From Nitrospirota bacterium (GTDB taxonomy: Bacteria; Nitrospirota; UBA9217), in NCBI GenBank assembly GCA_963790205.1, contig CAWBNQ010000003.1, forward strand, positions 768,001 to 832,000: a stretch of 64,000 nucleotides of DNA. The letters are read 5' to 3'. Positions 10,018-18,340 of the stretch are shown in pieces. Under the pieces are notes generated by a model. That model ran no database searches. It was not told the origin of the DNA and saw nothing but the letters and a program-made list of their open reading frames with translations. The position numbers were made by a program, and so were the translations under genes. Within the stretch, counting starts at the first letter, position 1. The number at the start of each line of letters is the position of its first letter.

Positions 10018-12708
10018 ATGACCGACCTGACCCCCCTCATGAAGCAGTACCGCGATATCAAGCGCGAACACCTGGACGCGATCCTGCTCTTCCGCATGGG
10101 CGATTTCTACGAGATGTTCGACCAGGACGCGGTGACGGCTTCCAAGGTCCTCGAGATCACGCTCACGGCGCGCAACAAGTCGAAGGGCATCGAGACGCCG
10201 CTCTGCGGGTTCCCGTACCATGCGGCGGAAGGGTACATCGCCAAGCTCATTCGGCGCGGCTTCAAGGTCGCCGTCTGCGAGCAGGTGGAGGACCCGAAGC
10301 TCGCGAAGGGGATCGTGAAGCGCGAAGTGATCCGGGTGGTGACGCCGGGCACGGTGCTCGACTCCAACCTGCTCGACGCCAAGGACAACAACTACCTCGC
10401 CTCCCTCTATCCCGCACAGGACGGTTTCGGGCTCTCGTTTCTCGACATCTCCACGGGCGGTTTTTTCATGGCCGAAGTGGCCGGCGCCGGCAATCTCGCC
10501 GAGCTCGACACCATGCTCGCCCGTTTCACGCCCCGGGAGATCGTTCTGCCCAAGGGACTTCAGATCGACGCCGGACTTTCAGGATTGCTGCGGCAGTACA
10601 CGCAGGCCGTCAATACGTACGACGACTGGACCTTTGACCGGGACACGGCCCTCCGGACGCTCCTCGATCACTTTAAGGTCTCCTCGCTGGAGGGCTTCGG
10701 CTGCAGCGGCATGAAACACGGCGTCTCCGCCGCGGGCGCCGCGCTCAGATATATCGGGGAAACGCAGAAAACGGGCCTTGCGAACATAGCCCGGATACGA
10801 CCGTTCCTCGCCCGGGAATACATGGTCCTCGACGCCTCCTGCCAGCGCAACCTCGAACTCGTCAAAAACATTTATGACGGCACATCAAAAGGGACGCTGC
10901 TGTCCGTGCTCGACTTCACCGTCACCTCCATGGGAGGGAGAAAACTGCGCGAATGGCTGCTGAACCCCCTTATGAACGCGGCTGAGATCGAGCACCGGCT
11001 CGATGCGGCAACGGAGTTCAAAAACGATCACCAGCTCCGGTCCGGACTCCGGACGGCGCTCGCCGCCGTATACGACCTCGAGCGGCTCATCAGCCGCGTC
11101 TCGCTCGGCGCGGCGAATGCGCGGGACCTCATCGCTCTCAAGCAGTCTTTTTCGGCATTGCCGGACATCAGGCGACTGTTGTCCCAATGCGAGTCGAGGC
11201 CGGTTTTCGACATGGTTTCCGGGTGGGACGGGCTTGAGGACGTATTCGAGCTCATCGACAAGTCCGTCCACGACGATCCCCCCTACACCCTGCGGGAAGG
11301 AAAACTGATCAAGAAAGGGTTCAACGCCGAGCTCGACGAGCTGCGTTCCATCAGCTCGGAAGGAAAAGGCTGGATCGCCGGCATCGAGCTGCGCGAGCGG
11401 GAGCGCACGGGCATCAATTCGCTCAAGGTGAGCTATAACAGGGTCTTCGGATACTATATCGAGGTCACGAAGACGAACCTGGCGAACGTGCCTCTGGATT
11501 TTATCCGCAAACAGACGCTCGCGAACGCCGAGCGGTTCATCACGCCGGAACTCAAGGAATATGAGGACAAGGTCCTGGGCGCCGAGGAGAAGATCCTCGA
11601 CCTGGAGTACCGTTTGTTCCAGCAGGTGCGGGAATTGGTGGCCGCCTCGACCGTCCGGATCCAGGACATGGCGCGGCGGCTTGCCGTTCTTGACTGTTTC
11701 GCCTCGCTGGCCGAGGCCGCGGCCAAGAACAATTATGCGCGACCGGTCATTCTTGAGAGCGACGTGCTCAAGATCAGCGAGGGCAGGCACCCGGTGCTCG
11801 AACAGCTCTCGCTCGAAGAGCGCTTCATTCCGAACGATACGCTGCTCGATTGCGAGGAGAACCAGCTCATAATCCTTACCGGGCCGAACATGGCGGGCAA
11901 ATCCACGTACATGCGGCAGGTCGCGGTGATCACGCTCATGGCGCAGATGGGCGGCTTTGTGCCCGCGCGCGAGGCGCAGGTGGGCCTCGTGGACCGGATC
12001 TTCACGCGCGTGGGGGCGTCGGATTTCATCACGCGCGGCCAGAGCACCTTCATGGTCGAGATGAACGAGACCGCGAACATCCTGAACAACGCCACCGACC
12101 GGAGTCTCATCATCCTGGACGAGATCGGCAGGGGGACCAGCACGTTCGACGGCATCAGCATTGCCTGGGCCGTGGCCGAGTACATTCACACGAAGCTCAG
12201 GGCGCGGACCCTCTTTGCGACGCACTATCACGAGCTTGCCGAGCTCAGCCTCACCATGGACCGCGTAAAGAACTATACCGTGGCCATTAAAGAGTGGAAC
12301 GACCAGATCATTTTTCTCCGCCGCGTCGTCGAAGGCGGGGCGGACAAATCCTACGGCATTCAGGTGGCCCGGCTCGCGGGGCTTCCCCCGGCGGTGATCC
12401 AGCGGGCCCGGGAAGTGCTGGCGAACCTCGAGAAGGCCGAGTTCAACGATCTCGGCGAGCCCGTGGCGGCATCGAAGGGCGGAGCGGGAGACGCGGGGAG
12501 CGGAAAACGCGGGGACAAGGACATTACAACCGGAAAATCCGGCGGGGAGGAAGCGGTTATGCCGCAGCTCGGCCTGTTCGCGAGCGATGCGGGGCTGTTG
12601 TTTAAAGAGATCGCGGACCTGGAACTCGACAGCATGACCCCCCTCGATGCCATGAACAAGCTGCACGAACTGAAAAAGAAGGTGAACGGCGGCGGAGCGT
12701 CGGGATAA
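10018..12708 (+). CDS. mutS: DNA mismatch repair protein MutS
   Basis: FRMGDFYE, TGPNMAGKST, STFMVE, DEIGRGT, SYGIQVA. Confidence 0.98.
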   Translation: MTDLTPLMKQYRDIKREHLDAILLFRMGDFYEMFDQDAVTASKVLEITLTARNKSKGIETPLCGFPYHAAEGYIAKLIRRGFKVAVCEQVEDPKLAKGIVKREVIRVVTPGTVLDSNLLDAKDNNYLASLYPAQDGFGLSFLDISTGGFFMAEVAGAGNLAELDTMLARFTPREIVLPKGLQIDAGLSGLLRQYTQAVNTYDDWTFDRDTALRTLLDHFKVSSLEGFGCSGMKHGVSAAGAALRYIGETQKTGLANIARIRPFLAREYMVLDASCQRNLELVKNIYDGTSKGTLLSVLDFTVTSMGGRKLREWLLNPLMNAAEIEHRLDAATEFKNDHQLRSGLRTALAAVYDLERLISRVSLGAANARDLIALKQSFSALPDIRRLLSQCESRPVFDMVSGWDGLEDVFELIDKSVHDDPPYTLREGKLIKKGFNAELDELRSISSEGKGWIAGIELRERERTGINSLKVSYNRVFGYYIEVTKTNLANVPLDFIRKQTLANAERFITPELKEYEDKVLGAEEKILDLEYRLFQQVRELVAASTVRIQDMARRLAVLDCFASLAEAAAKNNYARPVILESDVLKISEGRHPVLEQLSLEERFIPNDTLLDCEENQLIILTGPNMAGKSTYMRQVAVITLMAQMGGFVPAREAQVGLVDRIFTRVGASDFITRGQSTFMVEMNETANILNNATDRSLIILDEIGRGTSTFDGISIAWAVAEYIHTKLRARTLFATHYHELAELSLTMDRVKNYTVAIKEWNDQIIFLRRVVEGGADKSYGIQVARLAGLPPAVIQRAREVLANLEKAEFNDLGEPVAASKGGAGDAGSGKRGDKDITTGKSGGEEAVMPQLGLFASDAGLLFKEIADLELDSMTPLDAMNKLHELKKKVNGGGASG

Positions 12709-12824
12709 GAGAAGACTGACGGAAGGCGCGCCGGATGAAGAAACAGCGCCGCCATGCCGGGTAACGCCTGATGCTCCCCCGGCAAGACGGTCCAACCGGA
12801 CGGACCGTGCGAAGAAATTCCTTA

Positions 12825-12854
12825 TTGACACTTTACCCCCCTTTCTGGTAGTAT
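12825..12854 (+). promoter_or_regulatory. sigma70-type promoter upstream of rplI
   Basis: TTGACA-18bp-TAGTAT with TG extension. Confidence 0.6.
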
Positions 12855-12893
12855 CGTGCCACTATCACGTGTTCGAAAGGAGCAGTCTCGTCA

Positions 12894-13340
12894 ATGCAGG
12901 TAATATTAAGGGAAGATATTGATAATTTGGGCAAGATCGGCGATCTGGTGAAGGTGGCCGACGGTTATGCCAGGAACTTCCTCGTGCCCAACAAAAAGGC
13001 GATCGAGGCCACGCCGAAAAACGTCCACGCCATGGACCATGCGAAGAAAATGGTCTCTGACCGCATCCGCAAGCTGAAAAAGGAAGCGGCCGCCGATGCC
13101 GACAGGATCAAGGCCCTCGCGATCACCATCAAGGCCAAGTCCGGGGAAGAAGGCAAGCTCTTCGGCGCCGTGACGTCCATGGACATCGCCGAGGCCATGA
13201 AGGCCCAGGGCGTTGCCGTCGACAAGAGAAAGATCGTTCTCGATGAGCCGATCAAGCGGCTGGGAGATTTTACGGTCGCCGTAAAACTGCATGCCGATGT
13301 CACGGCTGAATTCAAGCTGTCGGTTATCGCGGAAGAGTAG
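12894..13340 (+). CDS. rplI: 50S ribosomal protein L9
   Basis: MQVIL...LGKIGDLVKVADGYARNFL, GKLFGAVT. Confidence 0.97.
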   Translation: MQVILREDIDNLGKIGDLVKVADGYARNFLVPNKKAIEATPKNVHAMDHAKKMVSDRIRKLKKEAAADADRIKALAITIKAKSGEEGKLFGAVTSMDIAEAMKAQGVAVDKRKIVLDEPIKRLGDFTVAVKLHADVTAEFKLSVIAEE

Positions 13341-13451
13341 GCTCCAGCCTGCTGTGAACGCTGCTTAGTTTTTGAATATTCATTCTCTTGAGGCTGGTGC
13401 CCGCACCAGCCTTCATTTTTCCATTCCCTGCAGGTTTCTCGAGGGTGTTCT

Positions 13452-14849
13452 ATGTCCGTCCAGACTGAAGTGTCCCTTCAAAAGCTCCCTCCCCAGAACA
13501 TAGAGGCCGAGCAAATGGTGCTCGGCGCCGTCCTCATTGAAAACGATTCCATGAACAAGGTCATCGATCTCCTGTCTCCCGACGATTTCTATAAGGACAC
13601 GCACCGCCGGATCTTTATGGCCATGATCGACATGTTCGAGACCGGAGAGGCGATCGACCTGATAACGCTGACCGACACGCTCCGCGGCAAGGTGGGCCTC
13701 GAGGCCGTGGGCGGCGCGTCCTATCTTGCGTACCTCGTGAGCCTCGTCCCTACCTCGGCGAACATACGGAATCACGCACGGATCGTGCGCGAAAAAGCCG
13801 TCCTGCGGAAGCTCATCCATACGGCCACCGATATCATTACCCAGAGCTATGACGATTCGCGCACCGTGGTCAATATCGACGAACTCCTGGACCGGGCTGA
13901 AAAAGCCATTTTCGAGATCGCCCAGAAGAAGATCAAGGATGCCTTTGTTTCCATGAAGAACATCGTGGGCCACAGCTTCGCGATCGTCGAGCGGCTCTAC
14001 GAGCGCAAAGAGATGGTCACCGGCCTTCCGACCGGCTTTGTCGACCTCGATGAGCGGACCTCCGGGCTGCAGCCGAGCGACCTCATCATCGTGGCCGGCC
14101 GGCCCTCCATGGGCAAGACGGCGTTCTGCCTCAACATCGCCGCCTATGCCGCCATCGAGAAGAGAAAGTCCGTCGCGATATTCAGCCTCGAAATGTCCAA
14201 GGAGCAGCTCGTGCTCCGTCTCCTGGGTTCCGAGTCGCGGGTGGATGCGCACAAACTGCGGACCGGCCACCTGTCCGAGCGCGACTGGCCCCCGCTTTCC
14301 AACGCGGCCGGCAGGCTGGCGGACGCGCCGATCTTTATCGACGATACGGCCGCGATCTCGGTGCTCGAGACGCGGGCCAAGGCGCGGAGGCTCAAGGCGG
14401 ACCAGGGCCTGGACCTGGTCATCGTCGACTACCTCCAGCTCATGCGCGGCAGGGGCGACGAAGGCAGCCGCGAACAGGAAATATCCAATATCTCGCGTTC
14501 GCTCAAGGCGCTGGCCAAGGAGCTCCAGGTCCCGGTCATCGCGCTCTCTCAGCTCAACCGCGCCGTGGAGACCCGTCCGGGCAAGGAAAAGAGGCCTTTG
14601 CTCGCCGACCTCCGCGAATCCGGCGCTATCGAGCAGGACGCGGACGTGATCTTATTCATCTACCGGGACGAGGTCTATAACAAGTGCGAATGCCCCCACG
14701 ACGGCGAATGTCTGTGCGGCCAGCGGGGCAAGGCCGAAGTGGTCATCGGAAAGCAGAGGAACGGCCCGATCGGAAAAGTCGATCTGACCTTCGTCAACCG
14801 GTACACGCGGTTCGAGAACGCCGAAAAACAGCACGGCATCGGCCAGTAG
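13452..14849 (+). CDS. dnaB: Replicative DNA helicase
   Basis: PPQNIEAE, GRPSMGKT, VDYLQL, LSQLNR, DLRESGAIEQDAD, KQRNGP. Confidence 0.98.
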   Translation: MSVQTEVSLQKLPPQNIEAEQMVLGAVLIENDSMNKVIDLLSPDDFYKDTHRRIFMAMIDMFETGEAIDLITLTDTLRGKVGLEAVGGASYLAYLVSLVPTSANIRNHARIVREKAVLRKLIHTATDIITQSYDDSRTVVNIDELLDRAEKAIFEIAQKKIKDAFVSMKNIVGHSFAIVERLYERKEMVTGLPTGFVDLDERTSGLQPSDLIIVAGRPSMGKTAFCLNIAAYAAIEKRKSVAIFSLEMSKEQLVLRLLGSESRVDAHKLRTGHLSERDWPPLSNAAGRLADAPIFIDDTAAISVLETRAKARRLKADQGLDLVIVDYLQLMRGRGDEGSREQEISNISRSLKALAKELQVPVIALSQLNRAVETRPGKEKRPLLADLRESGAIEQDADVILFIYRDEVYNKCECPHDGECLCGQRGKAEVVIGKQRNGPIGKVDLTFVNRYTRFENAEKQHGIGQ

Positions 14850-14994
14850 CGCATCGGCGGAGCGGCAGGGGCATTCGATACCGCGAAACAGGATCACGCG
14901 TGCGGGCGCCGTTCTTCCATACCTTTCCTGGTTTTTTCTTTGATCTGCGACATTGACCGGTCAACCCTTTCACATCAATCAAGGAGGACTCCCC

Positions 14995-15777
14995 TTGGCT
15001 TCGGAAAAAGCGGCGATCAGCGATAAAGTTCAGAAGTACCTGGATAGATCAGACTGGAAATCAGCGGTCGGGGAGATGGAAAAATTGTTCGCCGTCGACC
15101 CCGACCCTATCGTGCGGGTGCGCATGGGCGATGCATACCAGAAGCTCAGCCGGAAAGGCGAAGCGGTGAAGGAGTACATACGCGCCGCGGACCTGTACGC
15201 TGAAAAGGGGTTTGTGGTCAAGGCCCTTGCCCAGTACAAGCTCGCCCAGCGGGTCGACCCGTCGAACAAAGAGGCGCAGAAAAAGATGGAGGGGCTCCAT
15301 TCCCACAAGACGGTCTCCGAGTTCAAGCTCGAGCCGATCATGGACGGCGAGGAACAGCCTTCGCGGAGCGTCATCCCGCTCTTCTCCGATCTTACGCAGG
15401 AGGAATTCAACGAATTCACGAAGCGCATGATCATCCATACGCTGCCGCCGGGGAAACCGATCGTGCGGGAAGGCGAGGCCGGCAGTTCGGTTTTCATACT
15501 CACCCGCGGGACCGTAAAGGTTTATTCTACAATTCAGAACAAGCGGGTCGACCTCGCCGTGCTCCAGCCCAGCGATTTCTTCGGCGAGATCGCGTTCCTT
15601 ACGGGCAGACCCCGGACGGCCACGGTCGAGGCGGTGGAAACAACGGACGTGCTCGAGGTGGCCGAAGAAGACCTCAGGGACATGATCCAGAAGTGGCCGC
15701 GCATCAAGCAGGTGCTGCAGAATTATTACGAAGAACGCGTCAAGAGCACCATGGAAAAAGTGAAAGGCGTGCTGTAA
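14995..15777 (+). CDS. TPR-like plus cyclic-nucleotide-binding domain protein (paralog 1)
   Basis: AAGGAGG RBS before TTG; helical N-terminus; FFGEIAFLTGRPRTATV cNMP motif. Confidence 0.85.
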   Translation: MASEKAAISDKVQKYLDRSDWKSAVGEMEKLFAVDPDPIVRVRMGDAYQKLSRKGEAVKEYIRAADLYAEKGFVVKALAQYKLAQRVDPSNKEAQKKMEGLHSHKTVSEFKLEPIMDGEEQPSRSVIPLFSDLTQEEFNEFTKRMIIHTLPPGKPIVREGEAGSSVFILTRGTVKVYSTIQNKRVDLAVLQPSDFFGEIAFLTGRPRTATVEAVETTDVLEVAEEDLRDMIQKWPRIKQVLQNYYEERVKSTMEKVKGVL

Positions 15778-15889
15778 CAGGGCGGAAGTCGAGAAGGGAG
15801 GAAGATACGAAAATGAGACGAACTGCTTGTGGTACTCACCTTCTTGACTTCTCACGTTCCTACCTTCGGTCGGCAGACTGGAGCCTCGT

Positions 15890-16678
15890 ATGCCATCGGA
15901 TAAAGCGCAGTTGATCGACAGCATCCAGGAGCATTTCAGAAAATCCGACTGGAAGGCGGCGGTGGCGGACATGGAGAAGCTGTATGCCCTCGATCCCGAC
16001 CCCATCATCCGCGTCCGGATCGGCGATGCTTACCAGAAGCTGAGCCGGAAGGCCGAGGCGGTACAGGAATACCTGCGCGCAGCCGATAGGTACGCGGCCG
16101 CCGGGGCCGTGGTCAAAGCGCTGGCGCAGTACAAGCTTGCGCTGCGGCTCGAACCGGCAAGCGCTCAGGCCCAGGAACGGATCGAGGCGCTCCACTCGAA
16201 CAGGACCGTGAAGGAAAACAAGGCGGAACCGGTGGAGCAGGGCGCCCGGAAGCCCGCCGGCAGCGTCATTCCTCTCTTTGCCGGGTTTACGCAGGAGGAG
16301 TTCAATGCCTTTACAAAGGTCATGAACGTTCACCCCCTGCCGGGAGGCCTTCCCATCATCGAGCAGCACGATACCGGAAAATCGGTTTATATCATTGCGA
16401 ACGGCTCCGTGAAGGTCTATGCCACGCTCCTGTCCGGCGAACGGGTCGAGCTCGCCGTGCTCTGGCCCGGCGATTTCTTCGGGGAAATGTCCTTCCTGAC
16501 CGGCAAGCCCCGCACTGCGACGGTGGAGACCGCCGAAGACTCGGTCATTCTCGAGGTTACCGAGGACCAGCTCCGCGAGGTGGCGGCCCAGAGGCCCCGT
16601 GTGCTGGATGTGCTCCGGCAATATTCAGAGCTGCGGACCAAAGGCACGAGGGAAAAGATCCAGGAGTCCGGCAAGTAA
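15890..16678 (+). CDS. TPR-like plus cyclic-nucleotide-binding domain protein (paralog 2)
   Basis: FFGEMSFLTGKPRTATV; colinear similarity to the upstream gene. Confidence 0.85.
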   Translation: MPSDKAQLIDSIQEHFRKSDWKAAVADMEKLYALDPDPIIRVRIGDAYQKLSRKAEAVQEYLRAADRYAAAGAVVKALAQYKLALRLEPASAQAQERIEALHSNRTVKENKAEPVEQGARKPAGSVIPLFAGFTQEEFNAFTKVMNVHPLPGGLPIIEQHDTGKSVYIIANGSVKVYATLLSGERVELAVLWPGDFFGEMSFLTGKPRTATVETAEDSVILEVTEDQLREVAAQRPRVLDVLRQYSELRTKGTREKIQESGK

Positions 16679-16761
16679 CCCCGGGAAAGCAGGTTGAGGT
16701 TAAGGTTTAGGTTCTCTTAGCCTCAGCCTTAACTTAGCCACATTGCCTCATTGAGACGCCT

Positions 16762-17637
16762 ATGAACCGTCAACCCGCAGTTGCAGGCCATTTTTATCAG
16801 GGAACAAAGGAAGCGCTCAGGCGGCAGGTCGAGGAATTTATCGTCCCCGCTGAAAAGGTCAGGGCGTTCGGGATCCTGTCGCCGCACGCCGGCCTGATCT
16901 ATTCCGGGGCCGTGGCGGGAGCGGTGTATTCGAGCATCGATCTGCCTGATACGTTTGTGCTCATCGGCCCGAACCACACCGGGCTCGGCGCGCCGGTTTC
17001 GATCATGTGCGAAGGCAGGTGGGAAACGCCGCTCGGATCAGTGGCTATCGACGAACCCCTGGCCCGTTCCATACTCTCCCGGTCGCCGCGCCTACGGGAA
17101 GATTCCCTCGCCCACCTGAGAGAACATTCCCTCGAAGTCCAGCTCCCGTTCATACAGTATTTCAAAAAGAGCTTCACCATCGTTCCCATCCAGATGCTCG
17201 ATACGAGGCTCGAGACCTGCCTCGAGGTCGGCAGGGCGGTGGGTGAGGCGATAGGGGGAAGAAGTCAGGAGTCAGGAGTCAGGAGTCAGGGATCACGCAA
17301 TGAAAAACTCAGCGCTCCGAACTCCCTGCTCCGAACTCCTAACGGTGTTCTCATTATCGCGAGCTCCGACATGAGCCATTATGAGCCGGCAGCCGCGGCA
17401 AAAGAAAAAGATTACGAAGCCATCCGCCATATACTTGCCCTCGACCCCGAGGGCCTGTACTCCACGGTCAAAAACCAGGGCATCACCATGTGCGGTTACG
17501 GCCCCGCCGTTACCATGCTCGCGGCATGCAAGATCCTCGGCGCTACGAAAGCGAAGCTGATCAAATATGCAAACTCCGGCGACGTGAGCGGAGACTACGA
17601 ACAGGTGGTCGGATACGCGGGAATAGTCATTATGTAA
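16762..17637 (+). CDS. amrB: AmmeMemoRadiSam system protein B (MEMO1 family)
   Basis: RQPAVAGHFY, PHAGLIYSG, GPNH, EHSLEVQLPF, SSDMSHY, TMCG, VVGYAG. Confidence 0.9.
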   Translation: MNRQPAVAGHFYQGTKEALRRQVEEFIVPAEKVRAFGILSPHAGLIYSGAVAGAVYSSIDLPDTFVLIGPNHTGLGAPVSIMCEGRWETPLGSVAIDEPLARSILSRSPRLREDSLAHLREHSLEVQLPFIQYFKKSFTIVPIQMLDTRLETCLEVGRAVGEAIGGRSQESGVRSQGSRNEKLSAPNSLLRTPNGVLIIASSDMSHYEPAAAAKEKDYEAIRHILALDPEGLYSTVKNQGITMCGYGPAVTMLAACKILGATKAKLIKYANSGDVSGDYEQVVGYAGIVIM

Positions 17638-17719
17638 TCAGTTACACAGCTAAGCAGTTCTTCCCCCCAGCCCCAGCCTCAACCGGGTCATAACTCTTTA
17701 AAAATTAAACAAATTATTG

Positions 17720-17735
17720 TGGCACCGGCATTGCA
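17720..17735 (+). promoter_or_regulatory. sigma54 (-24/-12) promoter upstream of the pilus-associated cluster
   Basis: TGGCAC-CGGCA-TTGCA, exact consensus spacing, in AT-rich intergenic DNA. Confidence 0.75.
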
Positions 17736-17744
17736 CTTATTATC

Positions 17745-17972
17745 GTGAAAAAACAAATTGACGAGGTCGCGGTGTTATCCATGGTTAAATTTCAAGTGAT
17801 ATGTCCTGAATGCAGAGCGGCCGTAGTCACGGCGCACCCCGAGGCCCTTGTGTGGGAGCATTGTCCGGCGTGCGGGCGCCATATCTGGGACCGGTATGAC
17901 GCCTTGATGGCGGACGTACTGCCCAACGAAGCGCCCGGCGCCGGTGGACGAAACGCACGGATTAACAATTAA
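17745..17972 (+). CDS. Small zinc-ribbon-like protein
   Basis: CPEC...CPAC pairs; start codon uncertain. Confidence 0.6.
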   Translation: MKKQIDEVAVLSMVKFQVICPECRAAVVTAHPEALVWEHCPACGRHIWDRYDALMADVLPNEAPGAGGRNARINN

Positions 17973-18010
17973 GGGACCTTGTTTGGTCACGCAGCAATAA
18001 CCATTATCGC

Positions 18011-18340
18011 ATGGAGGGTGTCATGGAAATAAGAAAAACGCAATACGGGGTGCTCTTTATCTTGACGGTTGCATTGTTGATTTTGTTTATCCACCCCCTC
18101 TATGCCGGGGACGAGCTTTACTTGACCGGCATTGTAAAAAGTGTCGATCACAATACGAAGATAGTCGTTGTTGATGTGCAGTCCGCAAGCTGTCACGGAG
18201 TCAGGAAGTTTGTTTTGGATGAACCCGCCATATTATTAGAAGATTTTATCGGTAAAATAATCAATTTTTCCATTGATAGTTCGACCTGCGAAAGCGGTAA
18301 AGTATATACAATGTTTCCGGACGGGAGGAAATGGAGATGA
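18011..18340 (+). CDS. Small exported hypothetical protein
   Basis: Signal peptide; two Cys; stop overlaps the pilY1 start. Confidence 0.65.
   Translation: MEGVMEIRKTQYGVLFILTVALLILFIHPLYAGDELYLTGIVKSVDHNTKIVVVDVQSASCHGVRKFVLDEPAILLEDFIGKIINFSIDSSTCESGKVYTMFPDGRKWR

Noticed and set aside
10885..12831. Long antisense ORFs (648 aa over mutS; similarly 604 aa over typA and 446 aa over the reductase)
   Set aside because: Antisense shadows of GC-rich genes with no recognisable motifs
17975..18010. c-di-GMP-I (GEMM) riboswitch before the pilus genes
   Set aside because: Only GGTCACGCA resembles it; the GGCAAAC...GACGCAAAG core is absent
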